From Diplonema japonicum (taxonomy: Eukaryota > Protista > Euglenozoa: Diplonemea), in assembly GCA_964019335.1 (NCBI GenBank), contig OZ025752.1, positions 62,001 through 126,000 on the forward strand: 64,000 nucleotides of DNA, given 5' to 3'. This document shows, one piece after another, positions 1 to 8,900 of the stretch. Numbering within the stretch: position 1 is the first letter of the stretch; the number at the start of each line of letters is the position of its first letter. Made by a program: the position numbers and the translations under genes. The notes under the pieces are model-generated. The model was not told where the DNA came from, made no database searches, and worked only from the letters and a program-made list of their open reading frames with translations.

Positions 1-1
1 G

Positions 2-2923
2 CCGTGGCACATCTTCGTGGAGGACTCGAACGGGGAAAAAGTGCACCACAAGGAGTTCTTGCTCCTCACGTCGAAGCAGGTGAACGACCCTCGATACGAG
101 GTGCCGGAGAAGGATCTGAAGAAGGTGGAGATCAACTTCGTGCTGCCCATCCGGGACGGGCACACGCACTACATCATCCGGGCGGTGTCGGACCGTTGGC
201 TGCAAGCGGAAGACTACGCGGACATGTTCCTGAACGGTGTGATCATGCCGGAGGACCTGCGCCCCTTCACGGAGCTGCTTCCCTTGAAGCCGCTCGAGTT
301 GAAGACGGTTCTCGCCTACCCCAAGTACAGGGAGATGATGCGTTTCTCGCATCTGAACTCGGTGCAGACGCAGTGCTTCCACACGCTGTACCACACGGAC
401 CTCAACGTGCTGTTTGGTGCCCCTACCGGGAGCGGGAAGACGGTCGCCGCTGAAATGGCCATGTTCAGGGTTTTCAACCAAGCGGGGGAGGTGGGGAAGG
501 ACAAGATCGTGTACATCGCACCGTTGAAGGCTCTTGTGAAGGAGCGGATGAAGGATTGGGCGAAGCGGTTCGGGGAGGGAATGGGGAAGACCGTGCTGGA
601 GCTGTCAGGGGACCACACCCCCGACATCGGGAGGCTCACGAAGGCGGACATCCTGTGCTGCACACCGGAGAAGTGGGACGGTATCAGCCGAAACTGGCAA
701 AGCAGGTCCTACGTGCAGTCCGTCGCTCTCGTCGTTCTTGACGAGATCCACATGCTCGGCGGAGACCGCGGCCCCATCCTCGAGGTCATCGTCAGCAGAA
801 TGCGCTACATGGGTTGGCATATCGGGAGGAAGATCAGGGTCATCGGTCTATCAACCGCTCTAGCCAACGCTTCCGACCTCGCCTCATGGATGGGGATAGA
901 CGGTGTGGGGCTGTACAACTTCAGGCCGCAGGTGAGACCCGTCCCGTTGGAGCTGCACATCCAAGGATACCCCGGGAGGAACTACTGCCCGAGGATGGCG
1001 ACGATGAACAAACCGTGCTTCACGGCGATCGAAAAGCACGCGAAGATCGTGAACGCGGACGGGGTGGAGACGATAAAGCCCGTCATCATCTTTGTGTCGA
1101 GCAGGAGGCAGACGAGGCTGACAGGAATCGACCTGATCTCGTTCCTGTCCATCTCGAGCAACCCGTCCCTCTTCACCGCCGAGGTCGCGCAGGACGAGCT
1201 CGACCACTACGTCTCGCAGATAAACGACGAGCACCTGCGACACATGCTGGCCTTCGGGATAGGAATGCACCACGCGGGTCTAACAGAAGGAGACAAGGAC
1301 ATCATGGAACACATGTTCGTGTCCGGGAAGCTGAAGATCCTGGTGGCCACCTCGACTCTCGCCTGGGGGGTGAACTTCCCAGCGCACCTCGTCATCATCA
1401 AGGGGACGGAGTTCTACGACGCGAAGACGAAGAGCTACGTGGACTTCTCGTTGACGGATGTCTTGCAGATGATGGGGCGTGCGGGGAGGCCGCAGTTCGA
1501 CACCTCTGGAACGGCGGTGGTGATGGTCCACGAGCCGAAGAAAGCCTTTTACAAGAAATTCGTACACGACCCCTTCCCGGTGGAGTCGTCGCTTCACTCG
1601 AAGCTCCACGAGCACATCAACGCTGAAATCGTGTCAGGCACCATCGCCAAGAGGCAGGACACCGTTGACTACCTCACCTGGACTTACCTCTTCAGAAGGC
1701 TGTACAAGAACCCAACCTACTACGGTGTGGAGAGCGCGGACCACAACGCGATCTCGAGATTCCTCTCCGGGTTGGTTGAGAAGGTCCTGCGCGATCTCAT
1801 GGCAGCGAAATGTCTCGAGGAGCCGGACCCGGAAGACGAGGACTACGATCCAGACGCGCTGATCCCGTCTGTTCTGGGAAGGATCGCTTCCTTCTACTAC
1901 CTGTCGCACACAACGGTGCTCTTGTTCGAGGACGGGATCCAGGACAACTCTTCTCTTCAGGATGTCCTGAAGCTTTTGACGGAGGCCGCGGAGTTCTCGG
2001 AGCTCCCTGTTCGTCACAACGAGGACAAGCTCAACGCGGATCTGGCACGGCATGTTCCCTTCCAAGTGGACACGCGCATGCTCGACTCACCGCACGTGAA
2101 GACGCACCTGCTTCTTCAAGCGCACTTCTCGCAGGCCCCTCTGCCCATTTCGGACTACATCACCGACACCAAGACCGTCCTGGACAACTCCATCAGAACC
2201 ATCCAAGCCATGGTCGACATCTCGGCGAACAACGGGCTGCTCTTCGCGACGCTGAAGTGCATGCAGCTGTTGCAGATGATCATCCAAGGGAGGTGGGTCT
2301 TCGACAACTCGCTACTGCAGCTCCCGCACATCACGGTGGGCCACATCCAAACCTTGAAGCGAAGCAACATAGGGTGTCTCCCCGACTTCATCAACACAGA
2401 CCCGCTGGTTGCAAGAAAGCTTCTAAAGGACCTCGGGATGTCTCACAAACAGGAGGCAGACATATGCCGCGCCGCGCAGAGCTTCCCCGTGATTGACGTG
2501 AGGCTGTACTACGACATCGAGACAGAGGATGAGGACGGGGACGAGTGCGAGCCAACGATAAAGGTGACTGTGGAGCTGATCCGTGCCTCTGCGATGACAC
2601 GCACCACCTATTCACCTCGCTTCCCCAAGCCCAAGGACGAGCAGTGGTGGGTCATCCTCGGCGACCCCCTCACGGGAGAGCTGCTTGCCCTGAAGAGGAT
2701 CTCCAGGTTGCGCGGGTTCAGCTCCACCACCCTGACCTTCGAGTGGGACGAAGAATGGGACGAATCCTTGAAGGAGGTCACCAACCAAGAGGGGGACCGC
2801 GTCCCGGGCTACTCCTTCTGCGCCTACCTCATCTGCGACAGTTATGTCGGTCTTGACTTGCAATACTCCTTCGACGTCATGAAGCCCTTGCAGACAGAGG
2901 CGGACAGTGGTGATGAGGAGTGA
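2..2923 (+). CDS. ASCC3: ASCC3/Slh1-type Ski2-like helicase, 5'-partial (second helicase cassette plus Sec63 domain)
   Basis: Frame is open from the window edge. Motifs: GAPTGSGKT (Walker A), TPEKWDGISRNW, DEIH, YCPRMATMNKP, ATSTLAWGVNFPA, QMMGRAGRPQFD, and a Sec63-type tail (FPKPKDEQWW...YLICDSYVGLD). An intact DEIH second cassette favours ASCC3 over Brr2. Confidence 0.9.
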   Translation, partial: PWHIFVEDSNGEKVHHKEFLLLTSKQVNDPRYEVPEKDLKKVEINFVLPIRDGHTHYIIRAVSDRWLQAEDYADMFLNGVIMPEDLRPFTELLPLKPLELKTVLAYPKYREMMRFSHLNSVQTQCFHTLYHTDLNVLFGAPTGSGKTVAAEMAMFRVFNQAGEVGKDKIVYIAPLKALVKERMKDWAKRFGEGMGKTVLELSGDHTPDIGRLTKADILCCTPEKWDGISRNWQSRSYVQSVALVVLDEIHMLGGDRGPILEVIVSRMRYMGWHIGRKIRVIGLSTALANASDLASWMGIDGVGLYNFRPQVRPVPLELHIQGYPGRNYCPRMATMNKPCFTAIEKHAKIVNADGVETIKPVIIFVSSRRQTRLTGIDLISFLSISSNPSLFTAEVAQDELDHYVSQINDEHLRHMLAFGIGMHHAGLTEGDKDIMEHMFVSGKLKILVATSTLAWGVNFPAHLVIIKGTEFYDAKTKSYVDFSLTDVLQMMGRAGRPQFDTSGTAVVMVHEPKKAFYKKFVHDPFPVESSLHSKLHEHINAEIVSGTIAKRQDTVDYLTWTYLFRRLYKNPTYYGVESADHNAISRFLSGLVEKVLRDLMAAKCLEEPDPEDEDYDPDALIPSVLGRIASFYYLSHTTVLLFEDGIQDNSSLQDVLKLLTEAAEFSELPVRHNEDKLNADLARHVPFQVDTRMLDSPHVKTHLLLQAHFSQAPLPISDYITDTKTVLDNSIRTIQAMVDISANNGLLFATLKCMQLLQMIIQGRWVFDNSLLQLPHITVGHIQTLKRSNIGCLPDFINTDPLVARKLLKDLGMSHKQEADICRAAQSFPVIDVRLYYDIETEDEDGDECEPTIKVTVELIRASAMTRTTYSPRFPKPKDEQWWVILGDPLTGELLALKRISRLRGFSSTTLTFEWDEEWDESLKEVTNQEGDRVPGYSFCAYLICDSYVGLDLQYSFDVMKPLQTEADSGDEE

Positions 2924-2974
2924 TGATGAGCAGTGTGCTTTTTAAAAAATACAATAAAAGAAAAAGAAAAGGGG

Positions 2975-3172
2975 AAGGAGGAGGGAGGAGCTACAGTGTT
3001 TGAAACAAAGTGTCTTTTTTTTTTTCTTTTTTTTTTCAAGTTTTATATCTTCGACGTAACAAAAAAAATTACCTAACCAACATAAAAGAACCTCGTGGAT
3101 AGAAGCGATCTTATTCCCATTTCCCTTTTGACCCGGTTTATTTCCCCTCCTGTTTTCCGTTTTTTCTATTTT
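2975..3172 (+). repeat. Diverged ~200-250 bp direct repeat, copy 1 (copy 2 at ~6455-6706), flanking the kinase-ankyrin gene
   Basis: The blocks tatcttcgacgtaa, aaccaacataaaagaacctcgtggataga, agcgatct, tttgacccg and cctgttttccgttttt occur in the same order at both sites. Confidence 0.8.
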
Positions 3173-3286
3173 ATTCCTCTTTTTCCACCACGCACACACA
3201 CACACACACAAAGGCGTTCACACTAGAAACAATAAGACGAAACGAAAGTACTTTTTCATTTAAAAAAACGACAACAATAATAACAT

Positions 3287-6200
3287 ATGGATCCGTCGGT
3301 ACTTCTTAAGTACGAGCAAGGGAAGTGCCTCGGGTCTGGCGGACAAGGGTCGGTGTACAAGGCGGTGAGGAGGGTGGATGGAGGTATCTTTGCGATGAAA
3401 GTGTTGAAGGCGTTCGCAGAAGAGGTGCACAAGAAGAACGTGAAGGAGGTGCAGCACATGCTGAAGCTGAAGCACAGGAACCTGGTTCCCTGCCTTGACT
3501 TCTTCGAGTCGACAAAGCAGCTGGCAAAGGAATCCCTTGAGAAGGTGTGGCAGGTCCACATCGTGATGCCCCTGTATGGGAAAGGGGACCTCTGCTCATT
3601 CGTCGAAAAGGAGGGACCTCTCTCTCCGGAGAGGGCGGACAGGCTCTTGCGGGAGATGGGAGGGGTCCTTCAGTACATTCACGGTGAGGGCTTCATCCAC
3701 AGGGACGTGAAACCCCAAAATATCATGGTGTCGGGGAAGGGACCTCTTTCTGCGGCCAGTGTCGTTGGGGACGGCGGGGGTGAGGCAGAGTTCATCCTGG
3801 CCGACCTGGGACTGTCGAAGGAAGTGTCCTCCGGTGGGGTAGCGAGCTCCTATTTAGGCACACCAGCTTACATGGCACCCGACTTCTCAAAGGACAGCTA
3901 CACCAACAAAGTAGACATGTGGGCCCTCGGGGTGACTGTGTGCAACGTGGTGCTCGAAGAAGACCTGAGGGATCTCTTTCTGCGGTACCTGCATTTTAAC
4001 CGGGAGCTTGTGATGGAGAAGCTTCAGACCCACCTCCCCCCTGCCCTCTGGAGGGTTGTGGTCCGCCTCCTCTCCATCAACCCTTTGGAACGCCCCAGTG
4101 CACAGGAGATGCTGCAGACAGGACCGCCTGTGATGGTTCCTCAGCCGACTGGAATAGCTCTTCTTGCTTTTGGGAGTGTTGGTGGAGTGGAGAGGAAGAA
4201 GAAGCTCTGCGTGGCAGTGGGAGCAGGAGCGGAGGAGGTTCGGGTGGCGGCAGCAAAGGCCTTCTCTTCGGGGGGGCAGGAGCTCCTCAGGGTGCTCTGG
4301 TTGGAGGTCTTCGACAAGGACTTCGGGGAGTTCGTGGAGCAGGAGGACGGGGACATGGTGTTCGAGGACAAGGGACGGGTCCGTGTCGTGTTTGAAGCAC
4401 CGCTCCCGACCACCACTTCTTCAATCACCAGTGGCGGCAGCAACATGCACCCACCAGCAGCAGAAGCGTTCCCGACCACCACTGAGGCTGAACAAGGAGT
4501 TGAAGCGCTCCCGACCACCACTTCTTCAACCACCAGTGGCGGCAGCAACATGCACCCACCTGCTTCGAACAGCACGACCCTCACAAAAGAGGAGGGGAGG
4601 CTTGCCTTGGTCAGCGCTGTTTCAAAAGGAGACCTTGAGGAGATGAGGGATCTTGTTCTGGAGCGGGGTGTCGACCCTGGTGCTGCGGACAGCAATGGTT
4701 TCACAGCCCTGCACTATGCAGCTCGCGAAAACAACTGTGTCGAGGCTGTGGCTGCTCTCGTCTATTCTTACCACCAGGACCCTGGTGTCAGAACCAACGC
4801 TGGTTGGACACCAGTCCATGAAGCAGCAAAGAACGGAAACTTTGAAGCAGTTAAATATTTCGTCGAAACTCTCGGTCAAGATGCAGGTGTCAAAAGCAAG
4901 AACGGTCGGACACTGGTTCATGCTGCAGCAAAGTACGGCCACCTCGAGACTGTTAAATATCTCGTCGAAACATGCGGTCAAGATGCAGGTGTCAAAAGCA
5001 ACGACGGTTGGACACCGGTTAATGCTGCGGCATGTTCCGGCCACCTCGAGACAGTTAAATATCTCGTCGAATCTCGCGGTCAAGATGCAGGTGTCAAAAG
5101 CAAGAACGGTCGGACATCGGTTCATGCTGCAGCAAAGTACGGCCACCTCGAGACAGTTAAGTATCTCGTCGAAACATGCGGTCAAGATGCAGGTGTCAAA
5201 AACAACGACGGTTGGACACCGGTTAATTCTGCGGCATGTTCCGGCCGCCTCGAGACACTTAAATATCTCGTCGAAACATGCGGTCAAGATGCAGGTGTCA
5301 AGGACAACTACGGTTGGACACTGGTTCATGACGCAGCACTATGCGGCCAACTCGAGATAGTTAAATATCTCGTCGAAACTTGCTGTCAAAGCGCAAGTGT
5401 CAAAAACAACTACGGTCTGACACCGGTTCATTGTGCAGCAGAGTCCGGCCACCTCGAGACAGTTAAATACCTCGTCGAAGCTCGTTGCCAAGATGCAGGT
5501 GTCAAGAACAACAACGGTTGGACACCGGTTTATCATGCAGCACTATCCGGCCACCTCGAGACTGTTAAATATCTCGTCGAAACTCGCGGTCAAGATGCAG
5601 GTGTCAAAGACAACGACGGTCAGACACTGGTTCATGCTGCAGCACTATCCGGCGACCTCAAGACTGTTAAATATCTCGTCGAAACTTGCTGTCAAAGCAC
5701 AGGTGTCAAAAACAACTACGGTCTGACACCGGTTCATTGTGCAGCAGAGTCCGGCGACCTCGAGACAGTTAAATATCTCGTCGAAGCTCGTTGCCAAGAT
5801 GCAGGTGTCAAGAACAACAACGGTTGGACACCGGTTTATCATGCAGCACAGTCCGGCCACCTCGAGACTGTTAAATATCTCGTCGAAACTCGCGGTCAAG
5901 ATGCAGGTGTCAAAAGCAACGACGGTCTGACACCGGTTCATGCTGCAGCACTGTTCGGCGACCTCGAGACAGTTAAATATCTCGTCGAAACTCACAGTCA
6001 GCTCGCAGGTGTCAAATGCAGCAACAGTTGGACACCGGTTCATTGTGCAGCACTATCCGGCCACCTCGAGATAGTTAAATATCTCGTCGAAACATGCGGT
6101 CAAGATGCAGGTGTCAAAGACAACGACGGTTGGGCACCGGTTCATTGTGCAGCACAGTCCGGCGACCTCGAGACAGTTAAATATCTCGTCGAAACTCGCG

Positions 6201-6313
6201 GTCAAGATGCAGGTGTCAAAGACAACGACGGTCGGACACCGCTTGTTCTAGCCAAAGAGCACGGCTACCCCAAGGTGGTTAGCTATCTGTCGCAGAGGGC
6301 AATGAGGAGTTGA
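3287..6313 (+). CDS. Ser/Thr protein kinase + probable beta-grasp (PB1/UBL-like) domain + ~16 ankyrin repeats (34-aa period)
   Basis: GSGGQGSV glycine loop, FAMK, HRDVKPQN, DLG, GTPAYMAPD and DMWALG. A 102-nt tandem repeat encodes GxTPVHxAAxxGHLETVKYLVE. Intronless 1008-aa ORF. Confidence 0.9.
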   Translation: MDPSVLLKYEQGKCLGSGGQGSVYKAVRRVDGGIFAMKVLKAFAEEVHKKNVKEVQHMLKLKHRNLVPCLDFFESTKQLAKESLEKVWQVHIVMPLYGKGDLCSFVEKEGPLSPERADRLLREMGGVLQYIHGEGFIHRDVKPQNIMVSGKGPLSAASVVGDGGGEAEFILADLGLSKEVSSGGVASSYLGTPAYMAPDFSKDSYTNKVDMWALGVTVCNVVLEEDLRDLFLRYLHFNRELVMEKLQTHLPPALWRVVVRLLSINPLERPSAQEMLQTGPPVMVPQPTGIALLAFGSVGGVERKKKLCVAVGAGAEEVRVAAAKAFSSGGQELLRVLWLEVFDKDFGEFVEQEDGDMVFEDKGRVRVVFEAPLPTTTSSITSGGSNMHPPAAEAFPTTTEAEQGVEALPTTTSSTTSGGSNMHPPASNSTTLTKEEGRLALVSAVSKGDLEEMRDLVLERGVDPGAADSNGFTALHYAARENNCVEAVAALVYSYHQDPGVRTNAGWTPVHEAAKNGNFEAVKYFVETLGQDAGVKSKNGRTLVHAAAKYGHLETVKYLVETCGQDAGVKSNDGWTPVNAAACSGHLETVKYLVESRGQDAGVKSKNGRTSVHAAAKYGHLETVKYLVETCGQDAGVKNNDGWTPVNSAACSGRLETLKYLVETCGQDAGVKDNYGWTLVHDAALCGQLEIVKYLVETCCQSASVKNNYGLTPVHCAAESGHLETVKYLVEARCQDAGVKNNNGWTPVYHAALSGHLETVKYLVETRGQDAGVKDNDGQTLVHAAALSGDLKTVKYLVETCCQSTGVKNNYGLTPVHCAAESGDLETVKYLVEARCQDAGVKNNNGWTPVYHAAQSGHLETVKYLVETRGQDAGVKSNDGLTPVHAAALFGDLETVKYLVETHSQLAGVKCSNSWTPVHCAALSGHLEIVKYLVETCGQDAGVKDNDGWAPVHCAAQSGDLETVKYLVETRGQDAGVKDNDGRTPLVLAKEHGYPKVVSYLSQRAMRS

Positions 6314-6315
6314 CA

Positions 6316-6450
6316 TAGCACAACAGCCATCTAACCTGCCGAAGTAACATCCTGACCTGAAGGCAGCTGAGGCACTCATGATGACTTAGTCCCATCCTGT
6401 ATCAAACAGAACCTACCACCACAGCAGCCGACCAATCAGACGCAGCAGCG
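6316..6450 (+). mobile_element. LINE ORF-end/3'UTR fragment directly after the kinase-ankyrin stop codon
   Basis: ctaacctgccgaagta...gaaggc[a/g]gctgaggcact...acagcagccgac...cagacgcagcag matches the LINE copy at ~50575-50746. Confidence 0.7.
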
Positions 6451-6487
6451 TAGAAAGAGAGGAGAGCAGCAGTGTCGGAAACTAAGT

Positions 6488-6526
<39 letters not shown>

Positions 6527-6719
6527 CTCCATTCAAGTTCTGTATCTTCGACGTAAAGAAAACATACCTTTAGCCAACCTTTAACCAACATAAAAGAACC
6601 TCGTGGATAGACTTGGATGCGGCTGGGCAAAGCGATCTCATCCCCCCCCCCCCCCCCCCCTTTGACCCGATTTATCCCCCCCCCTGTTTTCCGTTTTTCT
6701 ATTTTCGATCGGGAGAAAG

Positions 6720-6792
6720 GAACACGTTTCGTTAAGTATCTGAAAAATAAGGATACGGATACGGTTCCCCATTTCTTGCCAACATAGCCCTG
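6720..6792. mobile_element. Right-end remnant of a hAT-like MITE
   Basis: Ends in ttgccaacatagccctg with ggatac repeats, similar to the right TIR ctgccagcatagcccta of the element at 33238-33428. Confidence 0.5.
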
Positions 6793-7499
6793 GGGGGGGG
6801 GGGGGGGGGTATCGAGGAGGGTGAGCGAGGGGCCGAAGGCCACACCACAGCAGAAAGGTTCGATCAAGAGATAGGTTGAGACCCTTCAGGTGTCCTGCCA
6901 CATACCGCAGGTACCCTTAAATGTCTCTTTTTTTTTCTTTTCTTCTTTACTTTGTTTCGTTGCCTGTTCTAGTGTTCTACAACCATACAAAGGTTTCTAC
7001 AGGTTACAAAACTAACACCAACTCAGAGAATGAACCGTCTTCAGCACATGTTGTTGTTGCTGGCAGCCCTCCTCGCAGGCAGTGCTGCTGCGTCGCCTCT
7101 CAGCTGCACCGGAAATTTGCTCCTGTGAGCCTTCAGAGTGTCGAATCATGTTCATGTTATCCACGCCCATGTCGCTGGTTTTCGGATGGTCAGCTCAGCA
7201 TGTTCACAGTGCGCACCACACATTATTGCCGCACACCTGTTTATATTGTTTTCGTTTTTTTTATTTTCCGCTTGCAATATCATTTCAGCCCCCCCCCCCC
7301 CCCCCCTTTCTTATTTCAATTTCTGGTATCTTGATCTTCTGATTGGAACCCACAATTCGCGAGGTGCGCCCCCTGTCATCAAGTAGACAGTGCGTGCTTG
7401 TCCCTCCTTTATCTCTAATATTTATTCCTCCCCTCCCCTCCCCTCCTTTATTCCAATTGTACTTTGCATCAAACAACAACAAAAAGGTTTTAAAAAAAA

Positions 7500-8900
7500 A
7501 TGAAAACTTTACTTGCTGCTGTTGCACTGGGGGCCTTGCTCGCCTCCGTGGAAGGCGATGCGGCCAGTCCTCCCGCTTGCGGGCCGCGTGTGAGGAAGGG
7601 GTGGTCGATGCTGTCGTGCGCTGAGAGGGAGCACTACATCGATGCGGTGCGGACGTTCCACTCGGAGAACACCTCCGACTACCACGACTTCTCGCAGCTG
7701 CACCAGAACAACGGGGGGTACGCGCACTGGACGTCTGCCTTCCTCCCCTGGCACCGCTGGTTCTTGGTCGGCTACGAGAACGCCCTGCGCTCCCTCCCCG
7801 GGTTCGAGTGCTTGACGGTCCCGTACTGGGACTGGGAGAGGGACGACGCGGCGGAGCGCTTCAGCACACCTTTCAGGGCGAAGACCTTCGGAACGCAGGC
7901 CGGTGTGGGGGGCTGGCCCAACTACTGCGTGACGGAGGGGGTGGCGGCGGGGTGGACGGCGTCGGACCGGCAGTGCCTCTCCAGGAATTGGGGCGGGGCC
8001 GGGTTCGCAGGGGCGATGGAGATCTCGGCGATCATCACCTCGAACACAGACTTCGCGGACTTCCGCCCCACCTTGGAGGGGAACCCGCACGCCGCCCCGC
8101 ACATCTACGTCAGCGGCCACATGGGGTCGTACCTGAGCCCCGACGACCCGCTCTTCTTCGTGCACCACGCGAACGTGGACAGGATATGGGCCCTGTGGCA
8201 GGACTACCACGGCTACGACGAGGTCCCGAAGGAGGCCCTCAACGAGACCATCTACTTCCCCGCGTCGCCGGTTGAGGACATGAGCCTGGAGGGGACGCTG
8301 CCCTTCAGCGTGGACGGGAGCAGGATCCCCACCTTCTTCCAGGACCACCCCGCCACCATCCGCGACATGCACAGCATCACAGACCTCCCGCACGGTGCGA
8401 GCTACACCTACGGCACGGACAACATTGCGGACCTCATCGGGAGCCCTTCAGAAGGGAGCTGGGATCTGGTTGTTCCCGGGGCGGCCCCGAAGCTGACGTG
8501 TTGCGGGGACGGGACGGTGGACACTGCGGAGATGGGGGGTGCCGAGGAGTGCGACGACGGGAACACTGTTGACGGGGACGGCTGTTCCTCCACCTGTGCG
8601 AGCGAGGGGAGCTCCACCAGGAGGGAGGGGGCCGCTCTCGACACCGACTTTAAGGATGACCGTGCCAGCTACAAGGAGCACTACCTCTCAGACAAGGAAA
8701 TCGAGTTGATGTTCGACGAGGCAGACGCGACGAGGGAGAAGGAAGGGGAGAGCAAGTCTGCTATGTTTAAAGACCTTGCGCGGGAGGAGTGCTACAGACA
8801 CTCCACCTCCCAAGACCAGATCTCCGACTCTTTCATCTCCATGATGAGGGCACCGGTCTCTGCCCGTGCGCTGTACAAGCCTTGCGGCTCTCTGGGGTGA
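7500..8900 (+). CDS. Secreted tyrosinase (type-3 dicopper) with a Myxococcus-type Cys-rich repeat
   Basis: Signal peptide MKTLLAAVALGALLASVEG. CuA site H...AHWTSAFLPWHR and CuB site PHAAPH...DPLFFVHHANVDRIW. The segment CGDG...EECDDGNTVDGDGCSSTC fits the myxo-disulfide/DUF4215-type repeat. Confidence 0.9.
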   Translation: MKTLLAAVALGALLASVEGDAASPPACGPRVRKGWSMLSCAEREHYIDAVRTFHSENTSDYHDFSQLHQNNGGYAHWTSAFLPWHRWFLVGYENALRSLPGFECLTVPYWDWERDDAAERFSTPFRAKTFGTQAGVGGWPNYCVTEGVAAGWTASDRQCLSRNWGGAGFAGAMEISAIITSNTDFADFRPTLEGNPHAAPHIYVSGHMGSYLSPDDPLFFVHHANVDRIWALWQDYHGYDEVPKEALNETIYFPASPVEDMSLEGTLPFSVDGSRIPTFFQDHPATIRDMHSITDLPHGASYTYGTDNIADLIGSPSEGSWDLVVPGAAPKLTCCGDGTVDTAEMGGAEECDDGNTVDGDGCSSTCASEGSSTRREGAALDTDFKDDRASYKEHYLSDKEIELMFDEADATREKEGESKSAMFKDLAREECYRHSTSQDQISDSFISMMRAPVSARALYKPCGSLG

